Notes: generated by a model not told the origin, from the sequence alone. A stretch of DNA of 55,849 bases from Candidatus Thalassarchaeaceae archaeon (GCA_034399535.1 DASCSS010000025.1:1-55849); one strand, 5' to 3'; shown: positions 1 to 9,508, counted from the first letter of the stretch. A program made the numbers and translations.

Positions 1-523
1 AATGGAAATTTCCCAATGCGATTCCGCAGCTTCGAAGTATCTCTTTGGTAGAAGATAAATCACCCAATTTCATTGTCCCCGACAACTGAAGCTTTGCGCT
101 TTCCTCATTTTGTTCGAGCTTCCTGATTATGATAACATCCGTTTCCTTCCAACGGTAACCTCCACAAGGAGAATCGGCACTAGTTCCAGAAGAAGTGCTG
201 CGCTTACGGATAAGCCCGTCCGACCCCCAAGGCAGGAACTCAGCCAACCAGTCATGATCACCACGGATAATCGCAGTAGGGCCTCGCTCATCCTCTCCCA
301 ATGACATGATATTGAGGGACTTGGGTTCTGGGACATTGCCCCAGTGACTCAATTCAGAAACAAGAGATTCCCAATCGGAGTCAACTGTCAGGTTTTCAGG
401 CTCAATCATCTTGCAGGACATACCGATGCCAGCGAATGTCAACGTATGGAACCCGATTGGAGCAGGGTCTTTGTTACTGACCTGGGCCATTGCTGCAGGC
501 CTCCAAATGCAGTCCATTTCCAT
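1..523 (-). CDS. Partial ORF running off the left edge; possible kinase-like (APH/maltokinase-type) fold protein
   Basis: Not in the ORF track. Manual translation from ATG at 523 gives 174 open codons: MEMDCIWRPAAM...WLAEFLPWGSDG...KEILRSCGIALGNFH. The terminal 'G.ALG.FH' resembles a helix of APH/maltokinase-like kinases, but the product call is weak. Confidence 0.7.
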   Translation of the reverse strand, partial: MEMDCIWRPAAMAQVSNKDPAPIGFHTLTFAGIGMSCKMIEPENLTVDSDWESLVSELSHWGNVPEPKSLNIMSLGEDERGPTAIIRGDHDWLAEFLPWGSDGLIRKRSTSSGTSADSPCGGYRWKETDVIIIRKLEQNEESAKLQLSGTMKLGDLSSTKEILRSCGIALGNFH

Positions 524-608
524 GATGCCTTCGGCTTCTAGGAAAGGGTCCTTGGCTTCATTGAATCGGTTGGCGAAGGCTTGAATCATTGCAGCCCTAG
601 CGAGGGGC

Positions 609-1154
609 GTGGAAGATGGCTCCGAGGGACTGCCTCTAGCAGTGGACATGGATGGAACACTGATACTGACTGACATGAGTTGGGTCAGCTTCATCAGGGT
701 AATCATCAGGAAACCTTGGATGCTTCCGAGCATGCTTCTGAAAGAACTAACTGGAAGAAGGGCTGAATGGAAACGCGATCTCGGGGAGAGGTTGATTTTC
801 AACCCTGCAGAGATAGAGTACCATGCCGAGTTCCTCGACTGGCTGACCGGAGAGCATACTAAGGGGAGGTTAGTCATATTGGCCACAGCCTCAGACAGGC
901 TTGTTGCTGAGCAAATTGCTGGATATGTCGGATTATTCTCAGATGTCATGGCTTCTGATGTGTCCTTCAATCTCAGGGGAAAGAAGAAGGCAGAAGCACT
1001 GGTTGCTAGATTCGGTGAGGGTGGGTTCTCTTATGCTGGAAACAGCAAGCATGATCTGGATGTTTGGAGTCATGCCGGGGAGGTAATTGTTGTGAATCCA
1101 GAAAGAGGTCTTCTGAACAGAATAGGAGATGATGTGGACATTGTTTTCGAATAA
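609..1154 (+). CDS. HAD-superfamily hydrolase, similar to the N-terminal HAD domain of UbiA-prenyltransferase fusions
   Basis: Motif I AVDMDGTL, motif II LATAS, motif III K in NLRGKKK, motif IV YAGNSKHD. Confidence 0.85.
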   Translation: MEDGSEGLPLAVDMDGTLILTDMSWVSFIRVIIRKPWMLPSMLLKELTGRRAEWKRDLGERLIFNPAEIEYHAEFLDWLTGEHTKGRLVILATASDRLVAEQIAGYVGLFSDVMASDVSFNLRGKKKAEALVARFGEGGFSYAGNSKHDLDVWSHAGEVIVVNPERGLLNRIGDDVDIVFE

Positions 1155-1181
1155 ATCATGGCTAGTCAGTTGTCATAACAT

Positions 1182-2084
1182 GTGAATGCAGCGGGTGGCC
1201 AGATGGGACGGCGAAGAACGATGATTGGGAGGTTTTTCGACGGAGTCGCGAAGGGTCTTCTTCGATTCAGGATTTTCGCCTATCCAGCGAGAGTCGTGTC
1301 GAACTCCGGTTTGGCGTGGGGTGTTGTCTCAAGGCTGGACAGGGTAAGGATCCGTAGGCAGAAAACCAGAGTGATGATGGGAATCCTACCGGAGCACGTG
1401 TCAATCATCATGGATGGAAATAGGAGGTTTGCATGGAGCAAGAACATAGGCACAGAAATAGGCCACCGGCGTGGCAAGGAGAAACTCAAGGAGGTGATGG
1501 ACTGGACTCTAGATTTGGGTATTCCCTTTCTTACAGTCTATGCACTGTCAACTGAAAACATCTCAAGTAGAGACGAGGGAGAGTTGGATTCGCTCTACGA
1601 CCTATACGTAACAGGGTTCAACGAGATTGTCGAGGACCCCCGGATTCACGCAAAGAAGGTCAGGATTAGGGTTGCGGGAAGGCTGGAGTTGCTTCCCGTT
1701 CGGGTTAGAGAGGCAATAACCATGGCTGAAGAAAGGACTAGCGATTATTCTGACTTCACATTCACCGTTTGCCTGGCTTACGGTGGAAGAGAAGAGATTG
1801 TTGATGCTGTGAAAGGAGTGGCATCGGACCATGCCTCTGGAAAGCTCAAATTAGAGCAGATTGACACCAACGAGATTTCGAATCGGCTATATGATGCTGA
1901 TGTGCCTGATCCAGATCTAGTAATCAGGACTAGCGGAGAGGAACGGATCTCGAATTTTCTTCTATGGCAGATTGCCTATTCAGAGCTATATTTCACGGAC
2001 GTTCATTGGCCCTCTTTCTCAAAAAAGGAGCTCTATGACGCGATTGAGACTTTCCAATTGAGGAGGCGTCGCTATGGTGAGTGA
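1182..2084 (+). CDS. uppS: cis-prenyltransferase (polyprenyl/undecaprenyl diphosphate synthase)
   Basis: [58 protein letters not shown]. The true start may be ATG 1203 or 1220. Confidence 0.95.
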   Translation: MNAAGGQMGRRRTMIGRFFDGVAKGLLRFRIFAYPARVVSNSGLAWGVVSRLDRVRIRRQKTRVMMGILPEHVSIIMDGNRRFAWSKNIGTEIGHRRGKEKLKEVMDWTLDLGIPFLTVYALSTENISSRDEGELDSLYDLYVTGFNEIVEDPRIHAKKVRIRVAGRLELLPVRVREAITMAEERTSDYSDFTFTVCLAYGGREEIVDAVKGVASDHASGKLKLEQIDTNEISNRLYDADVPDPDLVIRTSGEERISNFLLWQIAYSELYFTDVHWPSFSKKELYDAIETFQLRRRRYGE

Positions 2085-2526
2085 TTCTTGTGAAACCTGC
2101 GGACGGGATGGATACAGGAATCCGGCTGTAGCAGTAGATTCGGTGGCACTAAGGGAGAGGGGGGGGGAAATTGAGGCCCTGCTTATCAGAAGAGGAAGTG
2201 AGCCAGAAATCTGGAAAGGTAAGTGGGCCTTTCCGGGTGGTTTCGTTAACTACGGCGAGGACCCGTCACACGCGGTCCTGCGCGAGCTTGAAGAGGAGAC
2301 TGGGGTTATTGGTCAAAATCCGATAGAGCTCGCAATCCATGGTGACCCTGAAAGAGATCCTAGAAAGCACATTATTGCCCTGTATTACCTAGTTGATGTA
2401 GACCCCGAGGCGGTTCCAAGGGGCGGTGATGACGCTTTGGATGCCGCTTGGGTACCGATTGCCAATCTGACTGCTGAAGAGGTGGCTGGGAGCCACATCA
2501 GAATCATCGAGCAGGTTCGCAAGTAA
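2074..2526 (+). CDS. Nudix hydrolase (ADP-ribose pyrophosphatase-like)
   Basis: Intact Nudix box [24 protein letters not shown], plus RDPR and GGDDA motifs; N-terminal CxxC...YRNP. Confidence 0.92.
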   Translation: MVSDSCETCGRDGYRNPAVAVDSVALRERGGEIEALLIRRGSEPEIWKGKWAFPGGFVNYGEDPSHAVLRELEEETGVIGQNPIELAIHGDPERDPRKHIIALYYLVDVDPEAVPRGGDDALDAAWVPIANLTAEEVAGSHIRIIEQVRK

Positions 2527-2555
2527 CCCTAAACACAGAATCTCCTCGCACCCTC

Positions 2556-2972
2556 ATGGGCAGGAAGCTGAAGATAGACACTGGAGAAATAAAGTTGGGG
2601 CCATACAGCCCTGGGATCAACGTCAGAGATCATATCTGGCTATCTGGTCAAATCGATGTACAGGCAGGGGAAGACATAACGTCTCAAACTCTAGGAACTC
2701 TGGCAAAGATAGATGATCTCCTTGCAGCTGCAAACAGTTCCAAAGGTGATTTGGTAAAGGTGACTGTTCTAATGACGGACATTGGATTCTACTCCGAAAT
2801 AAACGAGCTTTATTCGGGATGGCTGGGAGATACAATACCGCCGGCGAGAGCCGCCTATGAGGTCTCAAATCTTCCGGGTGGGGCACTGGTCGAAATTGTT
2901 TGCGAGGCCTTTCGCAACTCTGGAGAATTCAGGACTGATCTCCCTGCTGAACTGGAGGAGGCCCTAGTATAG
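2556..2972 (+). CDS. ridA: RidA/YjgF/UK114 family enamine deaminase
   Basis: GPYSPG, LSGQI, PPARA, LPGGALVEI. Confidence 0.9.
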   Translation: MGRKLKIDTGEIKLGPYSPGINVRDHIWLSGQIDVQAGEDITSQTLGTLAKIDDLLAAANSSKGDLVKVTVLMTDIGFYSEINELYSGWLGDTIPPARAAYEVSNLPGGALVEIVCEAFRNSGEFRTDLPAELEEALV

Positions 2973-3335
2973 ATGTCAACCATTGACATAATTGTGAAGA
3001 GATTCGAGGAACCTGACGAGATTAGGGAATTCGAAAAGGGCCAGTTTGAGATCGTACACTTTGAAGGTATGACTATCGGAAGGGCAACTTACTATCCCGG
3101 ATGGAAGTGGTCGGTCGATGTGTCACCTATTTCTGGCACCGAATTCTGTGAGGTCGAGCATTTAGGGATGGTTGTATCGGGAGTGGCAACTTGTGCCTTC
3201 AAAGATGGAGAAATTCATGAGTTGCGCGCTGGCGATATATTCTACGTAGGACCTAGCCCCCACGACAGTTGGGTTGTTGGAGAAGAAGACTATGTTTCTC
3301 TGCACTTCCATGGTGCCGAGAAATATGCAAAATGA
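2973..3335 (+). CDS. Cupin-domain protein
   Basis: PGWKWS...CEVEHLGMVVSG...LRAGDIFYVGPSPHDSWVVG cupin pattern; abuts the ridA stop (TAG-ATG). Confidence 0.85.
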   Translation: MSTIDIIVKRFEEPDEIREFEKGQFEIVHFEGMTIGRATYYPGWKWSVDVSPISGTEFCEVEHLGMVVSGVATCAFKDGEIHELRAGDIFYVGPSPHDSWVVGEEDYVSLHFHGAEKYAK

Positions 3336-3386
3336 ACAAGTCATTTACAGCAAAGAATTAGGAAGTACCGATTGGAGGAAAAGTGC

Positions 3387-4772
3387 ATGAGCGTGTTCAA
3401 GGCATATGACATTAGGGGAATTGCTGGTTCAGAACTGGATGCTGATTTTGCAGAGAGGCTTGGTAGGGCGATAGCAACCCACCTTGATGCAAAGTGTGTT
3501 TCTGTTGTTAGAGACATTCGGGACTCAGGTCCTGAATACCACGAGAGCTTCGTAAAGGGACTAATCGCAGCCGGGGCTGATGTCTTGGACCTTGGAGTAA
3601 CCACCACTGGCGTAATGTACAGATCAACAGTTGATTTGCCAGTCGATGTTTCTGTAGCCATCACTGCGAGTCACAATCCTCCAGAGTACAATGGATTCAA
3701 AATTTGCCAAGGAAAGATGCCTCTGGGTGGTGAAGACCTCCAGAACATCAGGAGGACCTTCGAGAAAGGGGATTTCAGGACGGGTTCGGGCAATTACAAG
3801 ACTTTGGAAGACTACGAAGACACGTATGTCGATGCGATTGTGAAGAGTGTGGGAAGTCCTTCGAGGGACATTCGAGTTGTTTTGGACTGTGGAAACGCGG
3901 TTCCCGGCCCCCTAGCCATTAAGACGCTAGAGAGACTTGGTGTTGATGTGATTCCTCTGTACTGCGACTGGGACAACACTTTCCCAAATCACCCCCCTGA
4001 TCCCACTAGGCAGAAGAACATGGTGGACCTTGGAAATGCAGTAGTTGAGAATGGAGCAGAGTTCGGAATAGGCATGGACGGAGATGGTGATCGGTTAGGG
4101 GTGGTGGATGAGGCTGGAAGATTCATTCACCCTGATCGACTTATGGGGGTTTTCGTGAAAGACGTCCTCTCCGAGTTACCGGATGATGCCTCGGAAGAGC
4201 GGCGCACTATTTTCTACGACGTGAAATGCAGTATGGCACTAGAAGAGGCCATTGAGCGGATGGGGGGAGTCCCGAAGATGGTTAGAACTGGTCACACGTT
4301 CATGAAACTTGAGCTTAGGGACAATCCAAACTCACCAATGGCCGGCGAGATGTCAGGGCATTTCTTCATGAATGACCACTGGGACGGCTTCGACGATTCC
4401 ATTTACTGCGCTGCTAGGCTGCTGGAGATTGTTGGAAGGGACCCCTCTCCTCAAATGGGTGGTCCGCAATTCTCTGAAAGATTCTCATTCATGTCCGAGT
4501 ATCCGACTACTGACGAAGGAAAAGTCCCCCTGATAGGAGAGAGGGAGCAGGTGATGTCCGAAGTAATCGATGCGTTTTCAGATTTGGAGATGTCAATGGT
4601 TGATGGGATTAGGGTACGCTACCAAGAAGGATGGTATCTTTGTAGGCCAAGCAACACAGAACCGATTCTCGTGATGAGGGCCGAGGGCAGGGACCAATCT
4701 GCTCTGGACGGAATTCTCTCAGATGTCGAATCCCGAATCGGGCACATAGTTGACCTCAGCGAACTTAGATAG
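3387..4772 (+). CDS. Phosphomannomutase/phosphoglucomutase
   Basis: FKAYDIRG, ITASHNP (phospho-Ser), DGDGDR (metal loop), GEMSGH, RPSNTEP. ATG 3387 is preferred over TTG 3372. Confidence 0.95.
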   Translation: MSVFKAYDIRGIAGSELDADFAERLGRAIATHLDAKCVSVVRDIRDSGPEYHESFVKGLIAAGADVLDLGVTTTGVMYRSTVDLPVDVSVAITASHNPPEYNGFKICQGKMPLGGEDLQNIRRTFEKGDFRTGSGNYKTLEDYEDTYVDAIVKSVGSPSRDIRVVLDCGNAVPGPLAIKTLERLGVDVIPLYCDWDNTFPNHPPDPTRQKNMVDLGNAVVENGAEFGIGMDGDGDRLGVVDEAGRFIHPDRLMGVFVKDVLSELPDDASEERRTIFYDVKCSMALEEAIERMGGVPKMVRTGHTFMKLELRDNPNSPMAGEMSGHFFMNDHWDGFDDSIYCAARLLEIVGRDPSPQMGGPQFSERFSFMSEYPTTDEGKVPLIGEREQVMSEVIDAFSDLEMSMVDGIRVRYQEGWYLCRPSNTEPILVMRAEGRDQSALDGILSDVESRIGHIVDLSELR

Positions 4773-4818
4773 AATCTACCGATTCTCTTATGCCATTCCC
4801 CAAGGTGGCCGCGGTGCT

Positions 4819-4895
4819 GCCACTGTAGCTTAGCCTGGTAGAGCGTCTGATTCGTAATCAGAAGGCCGGGAGTTCGAATCTCCCCAGTGGCTCCA
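4819..4895 (+). tRNA. tRNA-Thr (anticodon CGT), CCA encoded
   Basis: Acceptor stem GCCACTG/CAGTGGC; D arm GCTT-AGCCTGGTA-GAGC; anticodon stem TCTGA/TCAGA with loop TTCGTAA; T arm GGGAG-TTCGAAT-CTCCC; discriminator T followed by CCA. Confidence 0.97.
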
Positions 4896-4906
4896 TGAAG
4901 AACTTG

Positions 4907-6172
4907 TCAAATTTCTTCCAGTCTATCTCGAAATTTCTTGCAAGACTCCTTGAGGGAGCCTATCACCGGCATGAAATCTCCAGATAGGAAACTCATGGTT
5001 GACCCTCCCCCGGTGCTATTATGGGTGACTTGGCCGGATGCACCCCTACTATTGACAAGGGCACTAGTGTGACCGCCCCCGATGATGGTCATGGCGGGAG
5101 TCTCGATGCACATATTGAGGATCTCTATGGTCCCAAATGCGAATTCAGGAATTTCGAAGTATGAAGCGGGGCCATTCCAAAGAACACACCCGGCTTCTTC
5201 TACAATGGGCCTCAACTTCCCCAGAGTCTCGAGACCCACATCGTAAATCGGGAACTCTGTCGGCAGTTCGTCCAAGGAAATTGGACGTCGGCTGCCCTCG
5301 ATCTCTATTGCTAAGTCACTGGGAAGGAAGAGCATATCCGAATGCGATGAGAAAAGCTGTTCGGCCATGGACTTAGTTGATTCGAAGTCGTCTCCCATTG
5401 TACTCCTGATGAATTCTCTGTTCCTCTCTCCGATATCATTTCCAGCGATCCATAGGAGTAGATTTCCAGATACTCCAACGAATGCAATTCGATCAATCTG
5501 ACCCCTATCTATCAGATTTATTGCGACTCTCATCGAGTCATCGCACTTGGCTCCCCCAAGGATTGCCAAGTAAGGCCTAGGGGGATCTCGGAGAGCCACC
5601 CTGAGACTCTCAATCTCCCTCTCCATTAGGGATCCCGCAATGCAAGGCAACGAGTTGGTAAAGCCAGTAAGCGTGGGAGACCTCCTGTGAGCGGCCGCGA
5701 ATGCGTCTGTTACGTATGCATCGCAAACTGATGTGAGTCGCGAGACCAGTATCGTGTCCTCTGTATCTATGTTTGAGGCGTATTTTGTACCGTACTCTTC
5801 TTCATTTCCTCTGACATTATCCAAGAAGATGATGTCCCCGTCCGACATTGCCTCTATTGCCTCGATAGCAGTATCTCCGCAAACATCTGGTACAAACCTA
5901 ATGTGTCGACCGGAAATTTCTCCTAGAGCTCGACAATGGGACTGGGTGTCCGTGAAATCCGACTTTCCGGGTCTAGACTGGTGTGCGAGGATGACTACCT
6001 TAGATTCTGATAGTCGGTTGAGAGTAGGGACAATTGCCTTAAATCTCCCATTGTCAAGCAACCTACCAGTAGCTGGTTCTAGAGGGGAGTTGACGTCCAC
6101 GCGATACAGAACAGTACGTCCCCGAAGGTCGATGTCGTCCAGCGACAGCACGCCTTCCACGAAGGGGTCCAC
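4907..6172 (-). CDS. pgk: Phosphoglycerate kinase (archaeal type)
   Basis: RVDVNSP, LAHQSRPG, DAFAAAHR, LGGAK, WNGP, GGGHT, STGGG. Confidence 0.96.
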   Translation of the reverse strand: MDPFVEGVLSLDDIDLRGRTVLYRVDVNSPLEPATGRLLDNGRFKAIVPTLNRLSESKVVILAHQSRPGKSDFTDTQSHCRALGEISGRHIRFVPDVCGDTAIEAIEAMSDGDIIFLDNVRGNEEEYGTKYASNIDTEDTILVSRLTSVCDAYVTDAFAAAHRRSPTLTGFTNSLPCIAGSLMEREIESLRVALRDPPRPYLAILGGAKCDDSMRVAINLIDRGQIDRIAFVGVSGNLLLWIAGNDIGERNREFIRSTMGDDFESTKSMAEQLFSSHSDMLFLPSDLAIEIEGSRRPISLDELPTEFPIYDVGLETLGKLRPIVEEAGCVLWNGPASYFEIPEFAFGTIEILNMCIETPAMTIIGGGHTSALVNSRGASGQVTHNSTGGGSTMSFLSGDFMPVIGSLKESCKKFRDRLEEI

Positions 6173-6258
6173 TGAGATTCCCCCTTTGGCAATTGTGTAT
6201 GGAATTCAGAGTGAATATTACCCAAAATACCTATCCGCAATAGCGAGCAAGAGCATAC

Positions 6259-7512
6259 ATGGAATGGGGCCCAGAGCAACATATTGGTCCTGATGGGCAA
6301 GACTGGAGGGTCCCAGTATCAGAGTTGGAAGACAGGCAGAGAAGGCTCTCTCAGAGGTTGTCTGAAGTAGGAATTGAGTCTGCATTCATAGATGATCCAG
6401 TAGAGTTGTATTGGCTAACGGGAGGCAGGCAGAACTCTGCATTTCTTATCGGATCGGATGGGTCCGGAATTCGAACAGTACAGTGGGTCAGGAGATCTAT
6501 TGAGAGAGCAAGGTACGAAGGAGGTGGCACTGATTGCCCCCACGAAATAAAGCAGCATCCCCGGATGGCGTCATTATGTGATGAGTTGGTAAGTTCGGGA
6601 TGCAATGAACGCCCTTCCATGATCGCTGGAAAGATGCCCCATGAACGCTGGAGTTTTCTTAATTCCAAGATGGTTGCCCTTGGTGGTGAATCTGAGGATT
6701 GCACCGAGTTGCTGTATAGCCTTAGGGAAGAGAAGACGAGTTGGGAGATTTCGATGATCAGGGAAAGCGGGGAAGTTAACCGCAAGATGTTCGAAGTGAT
6801 TCACGAAAAAGGAGGAGTTGGGAAGAGTGAGTTGGAGATGGCAGGTGCTGCTGACGAAGTCAGCAGAAAATCCGGCTTCGGGGGACGCATCAGAATGAGG
6901 AAATGGCCAATGGATTGCGACAGGGTGGTCATAGCAGCCGGACGATCTGGAGCAGTGCCGTCCTACTTTGATTCCGCCGTCGGAGGTCTTGGGGGCAGTC
7001 CGATGACATCCCTCGGCGCTGGATTCTCTAGAGTGGAAGAGCGACAACCAGTATTGGTTGACATTGTACATGTTCACAGAGGATACGTATCAGACTGCAC
7101 GAGAATGTTCAGTGCTGGGAAATTATCATCTGAGTGGGAAAGTAGGCTAGAACAAATGTGTGAGATTAGCGCTGGGGTAGTAAATTCACTCGGTCGAGGA
7201 GATGATTGTTCGGAAGCATGGGAGACTGGGAGCAAGATGTCCGCTGAAATGGGCCATTCCAAACACTTGATGGGAATGGCTCCAGATCAGGCTAGCTTCC
7301 TTGGACATTCAGTTGGCCTCGAGTTGGATGAGACCCCGGTGGTAGCGATAGGTTTTGATCGGCCATTGCCAATGGGAGGAACCATGGCAGTTGAGCCTAA
7401 GGTAATCCATGCAGATGGAGCAATAGGAATCGAAGACACCTGGGTGAGGACCAGAGATGGCATGGAATGCCTCACTGCAGGAGTTGGGTTCCCTCGGATT
7501 TCGGAGTGGTAG
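6259..7512 (+). CDS. M24 family Xaa-Pro peptidase
   Basis: Metal ligands in LVDIV...GYVSDCTRMF, GHSVGLELDE, AVEP and IED. Confidence 0.9.
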   Translation: MEWGPEQHIGPDGQDWRVPVSELEDRQRRLSQRLSEVGIESAFIDDPVELYWLTGGRQNSAFLIGSDGSGIRTVQWVRRSIERARYEGGGTDCPHEIKQHPRMASLCDELVSSGCNERPSMIAGKMPHERWSFLNSKMVALGGESEDCTELLYSLREEKTSWEISMIRESGEVNRKMFEVIHEKGGVGKSELEMAGAADEVSRKSGFGGRIRMRKWPMDCDRVVIAAGRSGAVPSYFDSAVGGLGGSPMTSLGAGFSRVEERQPVLVDIVHVHRGYVSDCTRMFSAGKLSSEWESRLEQMCEISAGVVNSLGRGDDCSEAWETGSKMSAEMGHSKHLMGMAPDQASFLGHSVGLELDETPVVAIGFDRPLPMGGTMAVEPKVIHADGAIGIEDTWVRTRDGMECLTAGVGFPRISEW

Positions 7513-7513
7513 A

Positions 7514-7819
7514 GTGTCAAGAATAACCAAAGGTAGCAAATCAGAGGCGCAGAAAAGGCTAGCTAGGCTACTTAGGAATCGAAAGGAGCCCCATGGCAAG
7601 CCGATCACTGATTCATCCATCCTGAAGGGAGTAGAGGTGGACGACTCGGGAATAGTTGAGCTCTGGTTCAGACCGGCTCATCCTCACTGTCCGTGCTGCC
7701 TAAGTGATCTGATTGAGCTTAGAAGCGAGATAATGGAACAGAAAGGTGTTCTTGCATGCCACATAGAGGTGGTTGGAATCCCCCAGTCAGATAGATGGAC
7801 GGCTGCGGTAAACGAATAG
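7514..7819 (+). CDS. DUF59/MIP18/SufT-like Fe-S assembly domain protein
   Basis: GTG start 1 nt after the peptidase stop. EP..G..I.D..I..V.V...V.L.FRPAHPHCP matches the DUF59 pattern (usually T.P.CP). Confidence 0.7.
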   Translation: MSRITKGSKSEAQKRLARLLRNRKEPHGKPITDSSILKGVEVDDSGIVELWFRPAHPHCPCCLSDLIELRSEIMEQKGVLACHIEVVGIPQSDRWTAAVNE

Positions 7820-7838
7820 TTTGTAACAAATTTGATTG

Positions 7839-8006
7839 TTACTCGTTACCAGAATCTGGTTCCGTTCTGCTTGCCCTATTTTTTCGTTCTTCGACTTCTC
7901 GGAGTTTCAGGGAAATTCTGGTCAGTAGCCACCAAGACATCACTGGGACGCCGACAATTGTGATGGCAAGAGAGAGGAGGAACCCGGAATCGCTCCAAAC
8001 AGTCAA
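7839..8006 (-). CDS. Small single-pass membrane protein (55 aa), not in the ORF track
   Basis: TTG start 4 nt after an AGGTGA SD that overlaps the ferredoxin stop. MTVWSDSGFLLSLAITIVGVPVMSWWLLTRISLKLREVEERKNRASRTEPDSGNE; fills the gap between the flanking genes. Confidence 0.7.
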   Translation of the reverse strand: MTVWSDSGFLLSLAITIVGVPVMSWWLLTRISLKLREVEERKNRASRTEPDSGNE

Positions 8007-8014
8007 TGTTTCAC

Positions 8015-8314
8015 CTACAGAGGAGGGATGATATCAATGTCACAATTTCCTAATGGAAATAGGCAACATGTGAGAATGCCACCCTCTGAAACGAGGTCAT
8101 CATCAAGACCGGGGGGTAATACATCAGGGAGCTCTACTTCACCACTAATCAGCCTCACTAAACATGTGCCGCAGTTTCCCGATGTGCAGTTTGTAGGGAT
8201 GTTGATTCCTGCTAGTTCGGCCACTTCCACAAGAGGTGTTTCGGGTTCTGCCTCAGCGTGGCCAATAATTTCTGAACCCCGGAAGAATCTGACTAGTGGA
8301 AGGCTATCGGACAT
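8015..8314 (-). CDS. 2Fe-2S ferredoxin
   Basis: CTSGNCGTC...ILTCC plant-type Fer2 cysteine pattern. Confidence 0.93.
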   Translation of the reverse strand: MSDSLPLVRFFRGSEIIGHAEAEPETPLVEVAELAGINIPTNCTSGNCGTCLVRLISGEVELPDVLPPGLDDDLVSEGGILTCCLFPLGNCDIDIIPPL

Positions 8315-8321
8315 CCGGAGT

Positions 8322-9410
8322 TCACCGGTCCTCCCAGCGAGTCCATCTTCCCGTCTGCTTGTTGAAGCGCAAACCTGCCTTCTTCATCCACTTGTTGAAC
8401 TTCGTAGCACCGGCTCCTGTGGCTATGATGAATTCCTCCCTGTCCTCCTGAGCTTGAATATACCCCTTTGCAGCAATGGTTTGGTCAATCCACTCGTCTA
8501 TACTCATGAGCACCCCCGACAGGCTGCTGGACTCTAGGGCTGCCTCAAGCTCTTCTGCCGATGCTCCGGCTGACTCGAGATCCCTCTTCATCAATTCAGT
8601 GATGGACTTGGCCTTGTCCTTTCGTGGAGGTCTGACGACCTTCATCATGGGCTTAATCTTCGGATCTATCTTTATTCTAGACCCATTGCCCAGTCGTCCT
8701 TCCACTACTCCTGCCATGGGTGCGTGAAACTCCTCTTCGCAGTCCCAGCAAACGAATGAGAAGTCTTTGAGGCCTTCCACGATGTTACTTCCCCTAGGAT
8801 CCATCTCCTCTCCACAATGAGGACAGGCGTGCAAACAGAGAACCGGAGCAATCTTTCTTCTGAAATCGACAATGTCCTGTGGAGTCCCTGCAAGTTCAAG
8901 CATCTCGTGGTCTCTAGCTGCTTCCAGACCCCTGGTCTCAAGTTGATCACGGAGTTTAGATCTCTGTTCATCCTTCGACTCATCATCGAGGGTGTTCTCC
9001 AATTTGACAATCAGCTCGATGGTCTTGCCCAATCGATTCATCACAAGTTTTTGATTCCTGAACGCCTCGACTCTTGCGAGTCTGAGCTGTTCCTTCTTCT
9101 CCTGGAGCTCGGCATGAATATCCTTCTGCTCCCTCTTGAATCTCGTCTCTTCTATCTTGTCTACCTTCTTTGTGTCATCCGAAAGTACGTCTGCGAGGAA
9201 TCTCTGCCGACTTGAAGACCGTGGGCCTGACTTTACAGCGTCTAAGACGGAATTAGCTACCTCTTTCTTGATTCCGTAGTTGTTGATTAGAGTCTCAGAG
9301 TCTAGCTTCTTTAGATCTCCAATTTTGATTCCTCCATCGGAGAGAATCTGTGCTGTTGTCTCGTCAATCCCCCTTCGAAGTAATGCGAGATAGGTATCCT
9401 TCTTTGCCAT
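8322..9410 (-). CDS. Hypothetical nucleic-acid-binding protein: HhH-like N-terminus, coiled coil, Zn ribbon, basic C-terminal domain
   Basis: 362-aa ORF; RGIDETTAQILSDGGIKIGDLKK...YGIKKEVA (HhH-like) and CPHC...CWDC. Confidence 0.75.
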   Translation of the reverse strand: MAKKDTYLALLRRGIDETTAQILSDGGIKIGDLKKLDSETLINNYGIKKEVANSVLDAVKSGPRSSSRQRFLADVLSDDTKKVDKIEETRFKREQKDIHAELQEKKEQLRLARVEAFRNQKLVMNRLGKTIELIVKLENTLDDESKDEQRSKLRDQLETRGLEAARDHEMLELAGTPQDIVDFRRKIAPVLCLHACPHCGEEMDPRGSNIVEGLKDFSFVCWDCEEEFHAPMAGVVEGRLGNGSRIKIDPKIKPMMKVVRPPRKDKAKSITELMKRDLESAGASAEELEAALESSSLSGVLMSIDEWIDQTIAAKGYIQAQEDREEFIIATGAGATKFNKWMKKAGLRFNKQTGRWTRWEDR

Positions 9411-9508
9411 TCCATCCCTTCCTTCGACTGGTTCTCCTGCAGTCCCAGTCCTGTCTGGCCGAAGGGGGGGGCCTCTATCAAGTCGATGTCAAAATGTCCC
9501 AAAAACTC

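Noticed and set aside
4819-4895. tRNA-Thr as an integration site for a mobile element
   Set aside because: No duplicate of its 3' end and no integrase seen; it is flanked by housekeeping genes PMM and pgk.
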